Below are positions 1 through 10,530 of a stretch of DNA of 64,000 bases, in pieces. The stretch is from Wenyingzhuangia sp. GTDB taxonomy: Bacteria > Bacteroidota > Bacteroidia > Flavobacteriales > Flavobacteriaceae. The position numbers and the translations under genes were made by a program. The stretch lies in NCBI RefSeq assembly GCF_039768865.1, contig NZ_JBDMZQ010000025.1. One strand, 5' to 3'. The first letter of the stretch is position 1. Every line of letters starts with the position of its first letter. Below the pieces are notes generated by a model. That model had not been told where the DNA came from. It worked only from the letters and a program-made list of their open reading frames with translations, and did no database searches.

Positions 1-480
1 ATTTTGGTCAGAGGAACTAGGAATGATTAGTAAAAAGAATAATAATGAAATGCTTGTGAATGAAGCAATCACTAAATTGCCAAGCATTGGTGTACCTTTT
101 AGCGTACTGCTGTAAATATGAAGTAAGGCAATGACAAAAATACCATAGGCAGTAAAAGTGTAATTTTGAAGTAAGTAACTACCATAGATAGTCAATATCA
201 ATCCTATTGAATTCAATAAATAGTAAGTTTGGTGTGCTTTTTTGAAACTAATTATCTTTGGTATAAGAACCTTTTGTGGTTTGTTTGTTTTGTCTGGTAT
301 GATATCAAAAATATCATTGATGATGTTCCCGCTGGCAGCAAAACAAAAAGTACACACAATATAAATCAACACAGGAAACGTAAACTGATCTTTGGAGAAT
401 ATACTCAAAACCATGAAGATTTGACTCAAACAGATCAATACAAGGTTTTTCCATCTCATCAATTTAAGTAAGGAAAACAT
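1..480 (-). CDS. UbiA-family prenyltransferase (DGGGP-synthase-like), runs off the window edge
   Basis: Not in ORF track. Manual translation from ATG at 480: MFSLLKLMRWKNLVLI...FAASGNIINDIFDIIPDKTNKPQK...HIYSSTLKGTPMLGNLVIA. Has the NDxxDxxxDxxNKP UbiA motif and several TM segments; ATG abuts the smpB stop. Confidence 0.85.
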   Translation of the reverse strand, partial: MFSLLKLMRWKNLVLICLSQIFMVLSIFSKDQFTFPVLIYIVCTFCFAASGNIINDIFDIIPDKTNKPQKVLIPKIISFKKAHQTYYLLNSIGLILTIYGSYLLQNYTFTAYGIFVIALLHIYSSTLKGTPMLGNLVIASFTSISLLFFLLIIPSSSDQN

Positions 481-936
481 CTAGTAAGATTTTTTAATAC
501 GATCTAATGAAATTTTATGATCTCGATCTTTAATGGTTTGTCGTTTGTCATATAGTTTTTTTCCTCTACATAGCGCTATTTCTAATTTAGCTAATCCTTT
601 ATCATTAATAAACATTCTTAAAGGTACGATGGTCAGACCACCTGTTTGTACCTCCTTATTTAGTTTTTTTAACTCTTTTTTATTGAGCAATAATTTTCGA
701 GCACTTTTAGGTTTGTGATTGTATGCGTTTCCATATAAATATTCTTCGATAAACATATTGATGGAGAATAATTCTCCTTGTTCGTTAAACTCACAAAAAC
801 TATCTGTTATTCTTGCTTTACTGAGTCGAATTGATTTTATTTCGGTTCCAGTTAACACCATTCCAGCTACATACTTGTCTAGAATTTCATACTCAAATCG
901 AGCTCTTTTATTTTGAATGTTTATTTTCTTCTGCAT
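481..936 (-). CDS. smpB: SsrA-binding protein SmpB
   Basis: NKRARFEY, GMVLTGTEIKSIR and GKKLYDKR motifs. Confidence 0.98.
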   Translation of the reverse strand: MQKKINIQNKRARFEYEILDKYVAGMVLTGTEIKSIRLSKARITDSFCEFNEQGELFSINMFIEEYLYGNAYNHKPKSARKLLLNKKELKKLNKEVQTGGLTIVPLRMFINDKGLAKLEIALCRGKKLYDKRQTIKDRDHKISLDRIKKSY

Positions 937-946
937 GAGTATTTAA

Positions 947-1387
947 TTATAATTCGTTGATCCTATAGCGAATGTTAATTCCAAAACTAAGGAGGTCGAG
1001 TGAAGTTTTGGTAATAATGTTTAATTGTGGACTCCAATCTAGACCCAAAGTGATGGGAGTTTCTTTAAAAAGATATTCAATACCGGTTTCTCCATTTAAT
1101 CCTAATACAAAAGGACTACCTATGAATGTATTGACACCCACACCAAAATAATATTGAAAGTTAGATTGAATAGCATCTAGAGATTTTACTTTGAAGTCAT
1201 AAATTAAGTTGGCTCCAATTCCATTTCCAAAAGTAATGTAACCATGTAACCGGGTTAGGTCTTCAAAGTTTACAATACCATCAATAGCAACACTATTGTT
1301 TCCAAAATCTCCAAACCTTATTCCTATCTCTTGGGCGAAAGAATTACGCCAGGGAAAGAAAAGAAATAAGAAAATTAATTTTTTCAT
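947..1387 (-). CDS. Small outer-membrane beta-barrel-like hypothetical protein
   Basis: Signal peptide (SFAQEIGIRFG), amphipathic strands, YFGVG/GIEY/LDWSP, ends in GINIRY. Confidence 0.65.
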   Translation of the reverse strand: MKKLIFLFLFFPWRNSFAQEIGIRFGDFGNNSVAIDGIVNFEDLTRLHGYITFGNGIGANLIYDFKVKSLDAIQSNFQYYFGVGVNTFIGSPFVLGLNGETGIEYLFKETPITLGLDWSPQLNIITKTSLDLLSFGINIRYRINEL

Positions 1388-1604
1388 GATATTTTTTTAC
1401 AAAAATACAAGATTACTTTTAGATTGTCATACAACAGCTAAAGTCTTTGCATAGGGTTCTGTTTCTCCAACAGTATTTAACCTGACTTATGCTAGTATAG
1501 CATTACTTGTCAGGGTATAAGTGAACGAAATAAAAAATAAACTAACAAAATCTTTAGTGTACAGTTGGGTTTCTTTTGTAGTTTTGTCCCTTCAATTTTT
1601 TAAT

Positions 1605-3236
1605 ATGATTTCTGTAGATAATTTAGCAGTTGAGTTTAGTGGGCATACCCTTTTTAGTGAAGTGTCTTTTGTGATTAATGAAAATGACAAAATTGCGTTG
1701 ATGGGTAAAAATGGGGCAGGTAAGTCAACAATGATGAAGATTATTGCTGGGATGCAAACCCCAACAAGAGGTGGAGTTCGTTGTCCTAAAGATACCGTGA
1801 TTGCTTATTTGCCACAGCACTTGTTAATGGAAGATGATTGTACAGTAGTTGAAGAGGCTTCTAAAGCCTTTGATGAGGTGTTTTCAATGAAGTCGGAAAT
1901 GGATAGTTTGAACAAGCAGCTAGAGACCAGAACCGACTATGAATCTGATGAATACATGAGCATTATTGAACGTGTGTCAGACTTAGGTGAAAAATATTAT
2001 GCTCTGGATGAGGTAAATTATGAGGCAGAAGTTGAGGTTGCTTTAAAAGGTTTAGGGTTTAAACAACAAGATTTCAATAGGCCGACTTCAGAGTTTAGCG
2101 GAGGGTGGAGGATGCGAATAGAATTGGCTAAGATTCTCTTAAAGAAACCAGACTTAATTTTGCTTGATGAACCTACCAACCATGTTGATATTGAATCTGT
2201 AATTTGGTTGGAAAATTTCTTATTAAACAAAGCAAAAGCGGTTATTGTGATCTCTCATGATAAAGCTTTTGTAGACAATATAACGAATAGAACTTTAGAA
2301 GTCTCTATGGGTAAAGTATATGATTATAAAGCAAATTATTCTCATTATTTAGAGTTAAGAAAAGAGCGTAGAGCCAATCAACAGAAAGCTTACGATGAAC
2401 AGCAAAAAATGATAGCAGACAACAAGCTGTACATTGAACGTTTTAAAGGGACATATTCGAAAGCATCTTCTGTAGCCTCGAGAAAAAGAATGTTAGAGAA
2501 ATTAGAAATAATAGAGGTTGACGAAGTAGATACCTCGTCTCTTAGATTGCGTTTTCCCCCATCTCCTCGTTCAGGGGATTATCCAGTTAAAGTAGAAAAC
2601 ATGACAAAATCTTATGGAGATCACATTGTGTTTAAAGAAGCTGATATGGCTATTGCTAGAGGTGAAAAAGTAAGTTTTGTAGGACAGAATGGACAAGGAA
2701 AATCTACTATGATTAAAGCGATTATGGGACAGATTGATTTTGAGGGATCTTGTGGGTTAGGACACAATGCAAAAGTAGGATACTTTGCTCAAAATGAGGC
2801 ATCTTTGTTAGATAATGAATTAACTATTTTTGAGACCGTAGATAATGTAGCAGTAGGTGATATTCGTACACAAATTAAAAATATATTAGGAGCCTTCATG
2901 TTTAAAGGAGATGATATAGAGAAAAAAGTAGGGGTTTTGTCAGGAGGAGAAAAAACAAGATTGGCAATGGTAAAATTATTGCTAGAACCTGTGAATGTTC
3001 TAATTCTTGATGAACCAACAAATCACTTAGATTTACGTTCCAAAGATGTAATTAAAGAAGCGTTACAAAATTTTGATGGTACGATGATACTCGTTTCTCA
3101 CGATAGAGATTTTTTGAAAGGACTTTCTGAAAAAGTATTTGAATTTAAAGATAGAAGAGTTATTGAGCATTTTGAAACTATTGATGCCTTTTTGGAGCGT
3201 AACCAAGTAGAAAATCTAAAAGAAATCAATTCTTAG
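1605..3236 (+). CDS. ABC-F family ribosome-associated ATPase
   Basis: Two ABC domains (GKNGAGKS, FSGGW, LLDEPTNH; GQNGQGKS, LSGGE), no TM. Start moved to ATG 1605, downstream of TAGTTTTG (1579-1586). Confidence 0.93.
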   Translation: MISVDNLAVEFSGHTLFSEVSFVINENDKIALMGKNGAGKSTMMKIIAGMQTPTRGGVRCPKDTVIAYLPQHLLMEDDCTVVEEASKAFDEVFSMKSEMDSLNKQLETRTDYESDEYMSIIERVSDLGEKYYALDEVNYEAEVEVALKGLGFKQQDFNRPTSEFSGGWRMRIELAKILLKKPDLILLDEPTNHVDIESVIWLENFLLNKAKAVIVISHDKAFVDNITNRTLEVSMGKVYDYKANYSHYLELRKERRANQQKAYDEQQKMIADNKLYIERFKGTYSKASSVASRKRMLEKLEIIEVDEVDTSSLRLRFPPSPRSGDYPVKVENMTKSYGDHIVFKEADMAIARGEKVSFVGQNGQGKSTMIKAIMGQIDFEGSCGLGHNAKVGYFAQNEASLLDNELTIFETVDNVAVGDIRTQIKNILGAFMFKGDDIEKKVGVLSGGEKTRLAMVKLLLEPVNVLILDEPTNHLDLRSKDVIKEALQNFDGTMILVSHDRDFLKGLSEKVFEFKDRRVIEHFETIDAFLERNQVENLKEINS

Positions 3237-3329
3237 GATAAACTTTCATCAAAGACAAAAAATAACCATTCTATGAATGGTTTTAAATTTTGTCATGTTG
3301 TTTCGTTTTCATTCCTTATTTTAGCTACT

Positions 3330-4277
3330 ATGAAAAAAACAAAATCATTTTTTAAATTCAACGAAAAAAAAACTTCTATTTTTTTGGTTTTTGTTTTTGG
3401 GACTTTTGTTTTTTGGTTTCTTAATAAATTATCTAATGAGTACAGTCAGATCGTTTATTACCCCGTTCACTACACTGCTTTGTCAAATGAGTTTTTTTTT
3501 CAAGAGGATCCTCCTGAAGAGATTGGTTTTAGGATTGCTGCTGATGGTTTTTATTTTCTAGGTGTAGCATTTTTTAAACCTGATATAGCTGTTTCTGTTC
3601 AACGCTTGAAAAGGAAAAGTAAATATGAGTACTATTTGGTTAATGATGAATTAAAAAAGCAAGTAAGAAACTCGATAAAGAAGAATATTGAAGTTGTTGA
3701 TGTCATTTCAGATACCTTATTTGTAAAGTTAGGAAAAAGGGGGAATAAGAAAATTCCTGTAATTCACGACGTAAAGATTGATTATCATCTAGGTTATAAT
3801 TCTTTTTCAGGAATCAAATTGATGCCAGATTCTATAGAAATAACAGGCCCTGAAATGCAAATTTCAAAAATAGACCGAATAAAATTAAAACTTTTCCAAG
3901 ATTCAAATGTGCAACAGTCTGTTAATGAAAATATAGCGATTGTTAAGCCGAATCTTCCAAAAATTGTTTACTCCAATGAAAAAGTTAATTTAAAAATTGA
4001 GGTAGAAAAGATAACAGAAAAGACACTAACACTTCCCCTTCATGTTATAAATAGTCCAGAAGGAGAGGAAGTTGTCGTTTATCCTAAAAATGTTCAAGTG
4101 ACTTGTTTGGTTAGGCTTTCCCAATTTAATGAAATAAAACCTTCTGATTTTTATGTGGTTTGTGATTACAGCAAAAGAACCCAAAAGCATATCAAAACTC
4201 AAATTAAGGAAATGCCTTCGATGGTTTCTAAAGTTAAGTTAAACGTAGGTAAAGTTGAATATTTAATTCTAAAATAA
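3330..4277 (+). CDS. YbbR/CdaR-like domain membrane protein
   Basis: N-terminal TM (FWFLNKLS), PDSIEITGP and VYPKNVQV repeats; overlaps the coaE start. Confidence 0.75.
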   Translation: MKKTKSFFKFNEKKTSIFLVFVFGTFVFWFLNKLSNEYSQIVYYPVHYTALSNEFFFQEDPPEEIGFRIAADGFYFLGVAFFKPDIAVSVQRLKRKSKYEYYLVNDELKKQVRNSIKKNIEVVDVISDTLFVKLGKRGNKKIPVIHDVKIDYHLGYNSFSGIKLMPDSIEITGPEMQISKIDRIKLKLFQDSNVQQSVNENIAIVKPNLPKIVYSNEKVNLKIEVEKITEKTLTLPLHVINSPEGEEVVVYPKNVQVTCLVRLSQFNEIKPSDFYVVCDYSKRTQKHIKTQIKEMPSMVSKVKLNVGKVEYLILK

Positions 4278-4864
4278 TGGTTGTGGGGTTAACAGGTGGG
4301 ATAGGAGCAGGAAAAACAACTGTTTTGGATCTGTTTAGAAACATCGGAGTGCCTGTTTATCAAGCTGATGTTGAAGCTAAAAAAATAATGATGAGCTCGG
4401 AGGCAGTTAAGAAGGATATCATTCGTCTTCTAGGAGAGGATGCTTATGAAAATAATCTCCCAAATAGAGCGTATATAGCTGAAAAAGTGTTTGCTGATAA
4501 GGCGCTTCTTCAGAAATTAAATGAGATTGTTCATCCTATTGTTCATTTGCATTTGAAAGCGTTTATCCTCAAGCAAGATTCTCCGTATGTAGTTTACGAA
4601 AATGCTATATTATTTGAAAACAAAAGAGAGGAGTTCTGTGATAAAGTAATTGTAGTTGTCGCAGATTTGGAGGATAGAATTACAAGAGTTGTCAATAGAG
4701 ATCAAGTGAATAGGGAAGATGTGATGAGGAGAATAAATAATCAGTGGAGTCAAGAAAAAAAAGTGAAAAGAGCAGATTATGTAATTAAAAACAATAATCG
4801 GAAGGATTTGAAGACTGAGGTCTTGACATTGCATCAAAATTTATTGGAGAGTTGTGATGTTTAG
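4277..4864 (+). CDS. coaE: Dephospho-CoA kinase
   Basis: VGLTGGIGAGKTT, LNEIVHP, ENAILFE. Confidence 0.96.
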   Translation: MVVGLTGGIGAGKTTVLDLFRNIGVPVYQADVEAKKIMMSSEAVKKDIIRLLGEDAYENNLPNRAYIAEKVFADKALLQKLNEIVHPIVHLHLKAFILKQDSPYVVYENAILFENKREEFCDKVIVVVADLEDRITRVVNRDQVNREDVMRRINNQWSQEKKVKRADYVIKNNNRKDLKTEVLTLHQNLLESCDV

Positions 4865-4921
4865 ATTTCTCATAAAAATTAACCTCAGCCTCTTATATTT
4901 GTTTACAAGAAAAATTAGATA

Positions 4922-5929
4922 ATGAAATATATTTTTTTTACACTTTTTGTATTTTTTTCCAGCGGTTTGTTTTCTCAAACTGGAGGCGAAACTTTATTTG
5001 CATTTTTAAACACACCTACTTCAGCAAAGCAAATAGCATTAGGAGGTGTGACACTAACTTCTAGAGATGATGTGTCACAAACCCTTTGGAATCCTTCTTC
5101 AGTAAATCCTAAAATGGATAATGATGTTTCTTTGAATTATGTAAATTATATTTCAGGAATCAATGTAGGTTCTTTTTCATATGCAAAAGCTATTGATCCA
5201 AAATATGGAGTTGCATTTTTAGGAATTCAATATTTCAATTATGGAGATTTTGAAAGAACAGAGGCAACTGGACCCACTGTTTTGGGAAGTTTTACTGCTC
5301 GAGATGTTTCCTTTAATTTCGGCTATGGTTATCATCTTGAGTCGGTTTCTATAGGAGCCTCAATAAAATATGTTTCTTCTATTATTGATACCTATACATC
5401 GACGGCATTATTATACGATATTGGGATTACTTACATCGATCCTTTGAAACCGTTTTTGATGTCTTTAGTCCTAAGAAATTCTGGAAGCCAACTGACAAGT
5501 TATATCAATCATGAAGAGTTGATTCGAAATAATGTTATTTTATCGGTTGAGTATAGATTAGAGCATGTGCCCATCAAAATATATGGGGCCATTGATGAAT
5601 TGAATAATTGGGAAATTAGCACTTCAAACCCATCTAGGTCAGTGACAGATTTGGACAACACGGTAAAAGAAGAGTCTATCAATGACTTTCAGAATGCTTT
5701 AAGACATCTATCTCTTGGAGCAGAGTTATGGCCCAAGAGACTTATAAGTGTTAGATTAGGGTACAATCATCGTAAATCTCAAGAATATCAACTTAATGAA
5801 ATTAGAACAAAAGCAGGTCTATCTTATGGTTTCGGGTTCAATACAAAGCATTTGAGATTTGATTACGCTTTTGCTAAGTTTCAAGAAGGAGCAAAATACA
5901 GCACATTTGGATTAACAGTACACTTATAA
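4922..5929 (+). CDS. porQ: Type IX secretion system protein PorQ
   Basis: Signal peptide, FLNTPTSAKQIALGG, WNPS, beta-barrel strands (RLGYN, GLSYGFG); next to cmk as in other Bacteroidota. Confidence 0.8.
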   Translation: MKYIFFTLFVFFSSGLFSQTGGETLFAFLNTPTSAKQIALGGVTLTSRDDVSQTLWNPSSVNPKMDNDVSLNYVNYISGINVGSFSYAKAIDPKYGVAFLGIQYFNYGDFERTEATGPTVLGSFTARDVSFNFGYGYHLESVSIGASIKYVSSIIDTYTSTALLYDIGITYIDPLKPFLMSLVLRNSGSQLTSYINHEELIRNNVILSVEYRLEHVPIKIYGAIDELNNWEISTSNPSRSVTDLDNTVKEESINDFQNALRHLSLGAELWPKRLISVRLGYNHRKSQEYQLNEIRTKAGLSYGFGFNTKHLRFDYAFAKFQEGAKYSTFGLTVHL

Positions 5930-5932
5930 TTT

Positions 5933-6622
5933 ATGAAATTAAAAATCACCATTGCAATTGATGGCTTCTCGTCAACAGGAAAAAGTACCGTCGCAAAACA
6001 ACTAGCAAAGCATTTAGGTTATATATATGTTGACACAGGTGCAATGTACAGGGCAGTAGCCTTGTTTGCTTTACAGCAGAATTTTTTGGTAAATGGCGAA
6101 ATAAATAATCATGATTTAATTGAACATTTAGACGATGTTATCATTGATTTTAAGTACAATCCACAATTAGGCTTTTCGGAGGTATATTTAAATAGAGTTA
6201 ACGTTGAGCATAAGATTAGAGGAATGGAAGTTTCTTCTTATGTAAGTAAGGTTGCCTCTATCTCAGAGGTGAGAAAAAAATTAGTTGCCTTACAACAAGA
6301 ATTAGGGAAATCCAAAGGAGTCGTCATGGATGGTAGAGATATAGGGACTGTCGTTTTTCCTAATGCTGAATTAAAGTTGTTTATGACTGCAGATGCAGAA
6401 ATAAGAGCCAAGAGAAGGTTTGATGAACTGAAATCTAAAGAGACCATTCAAGTTACTTATGAAGAAGTTTATAGGAATGTTGTAGAGCGAGACAGATTAG
6501 ATAGAACAAGAGCCGATTCCCCACTTGTGAAGGCAAATGATGCTATAGAGATAGACAATTCAAATTTGTCTAGAGAGGATCAGTTTGAAAAGATTTTAAA
6601 CTTGGTTAAAAAAATAGTTTAA
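5933..6622 (+). CDS. cmk: Cytidylate kinase
   Basis: IAIDGFSSTGKST, DTGAMYRA, DGRDIGTVVFP. Confidence 0.97.
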   Translation: MKLKITIAIDGFSSTGKSTVAKQLAKHLGYIYVDTGAMYRAVALFALQQNFLVNGEINNHDLIEHLDDVIIDFKYNPQLGFSEVYLNRVNVEHKIRGMEVSSYVSKVASISEVRKKLVALQQELGKSKGVVMDGRDIGTVVFPNAELKLFMTADAEIRAKRRFDELKSKETIQVTYEEVYRNVVERDRLDRTRADSPLVKANDAIEIDNSNLSREDQFEKILNLVKKIV

Positions 6623-7248
6623 GGGATGTTTAAATATTTATGAGTTTGTAAAGAAATTTTCCACTTAGGGTTCTTCATCACATATTCAACGATCATGGGA
6701 GTAATCATTTCTTTTTTGCTCCATTCAGGTTGTAAATATAAACCGCAATGGTCAGAAACTTTTGCGGCTTCTTGTTCCGCAAATTCAAAATCATTTTTAT
6801 TATGAATAATCATTTTTAGTTCATGAGCTTCATGATAAATTTGATCTAAGGGCAATTTTGTTTTTTTTGGTGATAGGCAAATCCAGTTCCATTGTCCACT
6901 CAGTTCGTAGGCGCCTGATGTTTCAATATGGGTCTGTAGTCCTTCTTTTTGCAGTGAAGCGGTAAGATATTGCATGTTCCACATCAAAGGTTCACCTCCC
7001 GTGATGACAATAGTTTTTGCGTATTGTTTGGCGTTGTTTACGATCTCGTCAGATAGTGTAGGGGGGTGTAGTTTAGCATCCCAACTTTCTTTGACATCAC
7101 ACCAATGACATCCCACATCACAACCTCCTACTCTAATAAAATAAGCAGATGTTCCTGTGTGAGCTCCTTCTCCTTGTATGGTGTAGAATTCTTCCATCAA
7201 AGGAAGCATGATCCCTTTATTTACAAGTTCTTTAGTTTTGATGTCCAT
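6619..7248 (-). CDS. queE: 7-carboxy-7-deazaguanine synthase (radical SAM)
   Basis: EEFYTIQGEG, CDVGCHWCD, ITGGEP, SLQTHK; ATG 7248 preferred. Confidence 0.93.
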   Translation of the reverse strand: MDIKTKELVNKGIMLPLMEEFYTIQGEGAHTGTSAYFIRVGGCDVGCHWCDVKESWDAKLHPPTLSDEIVNNAKQYAKTIVITGGEPLMWNMQYLTASLQKEGLQTHIETSGAYELSGQWNWICLSPKKTKLPLDQIYHEAHELKMIIHNKNDFEFAEQEAAKVSDHCGLYLQPEWSKKEMITPMIVEYVMKNPKWKISLQTHKYLNIP

Positions 7249-7374
7249 TGGTTTTGTTTTGGTGCGCAAAGATACAAGAAAATAAAGAATATAAATTTAT
7301 TAGTTTATTAAAGGTTATATATTCATTAAAATTATCTATTTATGTAACTTAGTATCTTTAAAAGTAATAAACAC

Positions 7375-7938
7375 ATGAAAAAAATATTAGTAATTTTTAC
7401 CATATCTATTATGATGGTTTCGTGTCAATCAAAGGACACAACCATTGCAATAGATAAAGTTGGTCCCATCACAAATAAGACCTCTATAAAAGATTTAAAA
7501 AACATATTTAAAAATGACTCTATAGTTTCTAGATTAACAGAAGGCGATTTTGGCAATATAAATGAATATGTTTCAGCCAATGATACTTATTTGGTTTATG
7601 AGAAAGGTGGAGCATTGTTGTTGTCTATTTCTCCTATAAATCCATTAGATAGCATTTCAAAAATAAAAAGCATCACAGTTTTTAGTGGTGCCTACAAGAC
7701 AAAAGGTTCTGTTGGCATTACCTCTACGTTTAATGATTTAAATGTAAACCATAATATTGATAAGATAGAAGCTACTTTTTCATCTGTTACTGTTTTTGTA
7801 AAAGATATTAATGCAACGTTTACGATAAACAAAGAAGAAGTAGGGATTAAACCTTTTACTTTGGGTGATGTTGACAAAGTCCAAATTCCTGAGGGTTCTA
7901 AATTTACCTCATTTACGGTATGGCTCAACGACAAATAG
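7375..7938 (+). CDS. Hypothetical lipoprotein
   Basis: MKK + hydrophobic stretch + lipobox MVSC. Confidence 0.75.
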   Translation: MKKILVIFTISIMMVSCQSKDTTIAIDKVGPITNKTSIKDLKNIFKNDSIVSRLTEGDFGNINEYVSANDTYLVYEKGGALLLSISPINPLDSISKIKSITVFSGAYKTKGSVGITSTFNDLNVNHNIDKIEATFSSVTVFVKDINATFTINKEEVGIKPFTLGDVDKVQIPEGSKFTSFTVWLNDK

Positions 7939-7958
7939 AGTTCTATCAAATCATACAG

Positions 7959-7994
7959 AAAAAAGGGCATCTTAAAATTAAGATGCCCTTTTTT
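7959..7994. terminator. Bidirectional intrinsic terminator
   Basis: AAAAAAGGGCATCTTAA-AA-TTAAGATGCCCTTTTTT between convergent genes. Confidence 0.9.
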
Positions 7995-8017
7995 ATGTAT
8001 GATCTATTTTATATTTG

Positions 8018-8893
8018 TTAAGTTCTGTTTTCTCCAGCCAACAAAGTGTTTTTTAGAAGCATCGCTATGGTCATTGGTCCAACACCTCCAGGAACAGGAG
8101 TAATGAAGGAGGCCTTTTCTGCAACAGATTCAAAATGCACGTCTCCAGCCAAACGGAAACCATTCTTTTTGGATGGGTCATCCAGGCGAGTGATTCCAAC
8201 ATCAATGATCGTAACCCCTTGGCTAACCATATCACCAGTCAAAAATTCAGCAACCCCAAGGGCAACAACAATAATATCTGCTTTTAAGGTCAATTCTTTT
8301 AAGTTGTTTGTTCTCGAGTGTGCAACGACTACGGTAGCATCACCTGCGGCTCTTTTTTGAGACATCAAAATACTCATAGGTCTTCCGACAATATGAGAAC
8401 GGCCAATGACAACAACATTTTTGCCGGAAGTAGGAACTTTATAGCGTTCTAATAATTCCATAACTCCGTAAGGTGTTGCAGGCAAAAAAGTAGGAAGTTC
8501 TAAAGCCATCCTACCAACATTAGTTGGGTGAAAACCATCTACGTCTTTAGTAGGGTCTACAGCTAATAAAACTTTGTGCTCGTTTATGTGTTTAGGTAAA
8601 GGCAATTGAACAATATAGCCATCAATAGCATCATTTTGATTGAGTTCGTTTATCTTAGCTAGAAGTTCAGTTTCGCTTGTTTCTTTAGGTAGTTCTATCA
8701 AAGTAGAATCAAACCCAACCAATTGGCAAGCTTTTACTTTGGCACCAACATAAGTTTTGCTTGCCCCGTCATTTCCGACAATTACAGCTGCAAGATGAGG
8801 TGTTTTTTTTCCTTGAGCTTTTATTTCTTTTACTCTTTCTGCGATTTCAGCTTTGATGTCTGAAGCAGTTTTTTTACCATCTAATATTGTCAT
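8018..8893 (-). CDS. folD: Methylenetetrahydrofolate dehydrogenase/cyclohydrolase
   Basis: MTILDGK start, [33 protein letters not shown]. Confidence 0.98.
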   Translation of the reverse strand: MTILDGKKTASDIKAEIAERVKEIKAQGKKTPHLAAVIVGNDGASKTYVGAKVKACQLVGFDSTLIELPKETSETELLAKINELNQNDAIDGYIVQLPLPKHINEHKVLLAVDPTKDVDGFHPTNVGRMALELPTFLPATPYGVMELLERYKVPTSGKNVVVIGRSHIVGRPMSILMSQKRAAGDATVVVAHSRTNNLKELTLKADIIVVALGVAEFLTGDMVSQGVTIIDVGITRLDDPSKKNGFRLAGDVHFESVAEKASFITPVPGGVGPMTIAMLLKNTLLAGENRT

Positions 8894-8960
8894 CTGATTT
8901 TGTATTGATTTTTTTTTTAAGTGGTGTAAGTGTAATTTTGTTGTAATTGGTTTTGATGTA

Positions 8961-10307
8961 TTACATTCTAGGCATTCCACCTTTCATTCCCTGCATCATT
9001 TGCATCATCTTTTTTCCACCACCACCTTGCATCATCTTCATCATCTTACTCATTTGAAAGAATTGTTTGAGTAGTTGGTTGACTTCTGTAATATTAGTTC
9101 CTGATCCTTTTGCAATTCTTTTTTTTCTAGAGGCATTAATTGTTTTGGGTTCGGCTCGTTCTGAAGGTGTCATGGATTTTATGATTGCCTCAATACCCTT
9201 AAAAGCATCATCGTCAATATCAACATCTTTCATGGCTTTACCAGCACCAGGTATCATTCCAACCAGATCTTTCATGTTTCCCATTTTTTTTATTTGTTGT
9301 ATCTGACTCAAGAAGTCGTCAAAGCCAAACTGGTCTTTCGCAATTTTCTTTTGTAGTTTTCTTGCCTCTTCTTCATTGTATTGTTCCTGAGCACGTTCTA
9401 CTAAAGAAACGACATCACCCATACCTAAAATACGGTCTGCCATACGTTCTGGATAGAAAATATCAATAGCTTCCATCTTCTCTCCGGTACCAATAAATTT
9501 AATAGGCTTGTTGACTACAGATTTAATAGTCAAAGCAGCTCCACCTCTAGTGTCACCATCTAATTTTGTTAAAACAACTCCGTCAAAATTTAACAAGTCG
9601 TTAAAAGCTTTGGCAGTGTTTACAGCATCCTGCCCTGTCATAGCATCCACCACAAACAATGTCTCTTGTGGGGTTACGGCATTATGTATATTTGAGATCT
9701 CAGTCATCAAGGCCTCATCGATAGCCAAACGACCAGCGGTATCTATGATTACTGTGTTTTTACCGTTTGCCTTTGCATGAGCAATAGCATTTTGTGCAAT
9801 GGCTACAGGGTTTTTATTGTCAATTTCTGCATATACTTCTACGCCAATTTGTTCTCCTACAACTTGTAACTGATTGATGGCTGCAGGTCGATAGACATCT
9901 GCACCCACTAGAAGGACTTCTTTTTTCTTTTTGTTTTTTAAAAAGTTTGCCAGTTTTCCGGAAAAAGTTGTTTTACCAGAACCTTGTAGACCGGCCATTA
10001 GAATTACCGCTGGAGCTCCTTTTAAATTTATGTCAACTGTTTCACCTCCCATCAACTCCGCCAATTCATCCTTTACGAGTTTAATCATTAACTGACTAGG
10101 ATTCAGTGTTGTAAGTACGTTTTGGCCAATAGCTTTTTCTTTGACTCTTACAGTGAAATCTTTAGCAATCTTAAAGTTTACATCCGCATCTAGTAATGCT
10201 CTACGAACTTCTTTCAGTGTTTCTGCTACGTTTATTTCAGTTATTTTTCCATGTCCTTTTAGAACATGTAGGGCTTTGTCTAATTTATCGGATAAATTAT
10301 TGAACAT
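8961..10307 (-). CDS. ffh: Signal recognition particle protein
   Basis: [20 protein letters not shown], Met-rich M domain; start MFNNLSD at 10307. Confidence 0.98.
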   Translation of the reverse strand: MFNNLSDKLDKALHVLKGHGKITEINVAETLKEVRRALLDADVNFKIAKDFTVRVKEKAIGQNVLTTLNPSQLMIKLVKDELAELMGGETVDINLKGAPAVILMAGLQGSGKTTFSGKLANFLKNKKKKEVLLVGADVYRPAAINQLQVVGEQIGVEVYAEIDNKNPVAIAQNAIAHAKANGKNTVIIDTAGRLAIDEALMTEISNIHNAVTPQETLFVVDAMTGQDAVNTAKAFNDLLNFDGVVLTKLDGDTRGGAALTIKSVVNKPIKFIGTGEKMEAIDIFYPERMADRILGMGDVVSLVERAQEQYNEEEARKLQKKIAKDQFGFDDFLSQIQQIKKMGNMKDLVGMIPGAGKAMKDVDIDDDAFKGIEAIIKSMTPSERAEPKTINASRKKRIAKGSGTNITEVNQLLKQFFQMSKMMKMMQGGGGKKMMQMMQGMKGGMPRM

Positions 10308-10385
10308 ATACTTACTATTTGCTTTAATGAAATTGAGTCGCAAATATACAAGATTATCAGAACATTAAAAGGGTTTATCCAAAAC

Positions 10386-10414
10386 AAAAAAAACCTCCAA
10401 GCTCAGCTTGGAGG
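10386..10414 (-). terminator. Intrinsic terminator downstream of msrB
   Basis: Minus strand CCTCCAAGC-TGA-GCTTGGAGG followed by T8. Confidence 0.85.
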
Positions 10415-10530
10415 AAGTAATAATCTATAAAAAATATGAAAATTAATAAATGATAAAAAATCAAATACAATTTACACTAACCTTACCTCTAAGGTAGTCA
10501 TTTTTTATTTAACAAATAGTTTATATTTCT

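Noticed and set aside
229-471. 80-aa plus-strand ORF
   Set aside because: Antisense shadow of the UbiA-family gene on the minus strand
1521-1604. N-terminal extension or attenuator leader for the ABC-F gene (ARE-type resistance)
   Set aside because: The -7 box at 1579 lies inside the extension, leaving only a short leader; no leader peptide or terminator is visible
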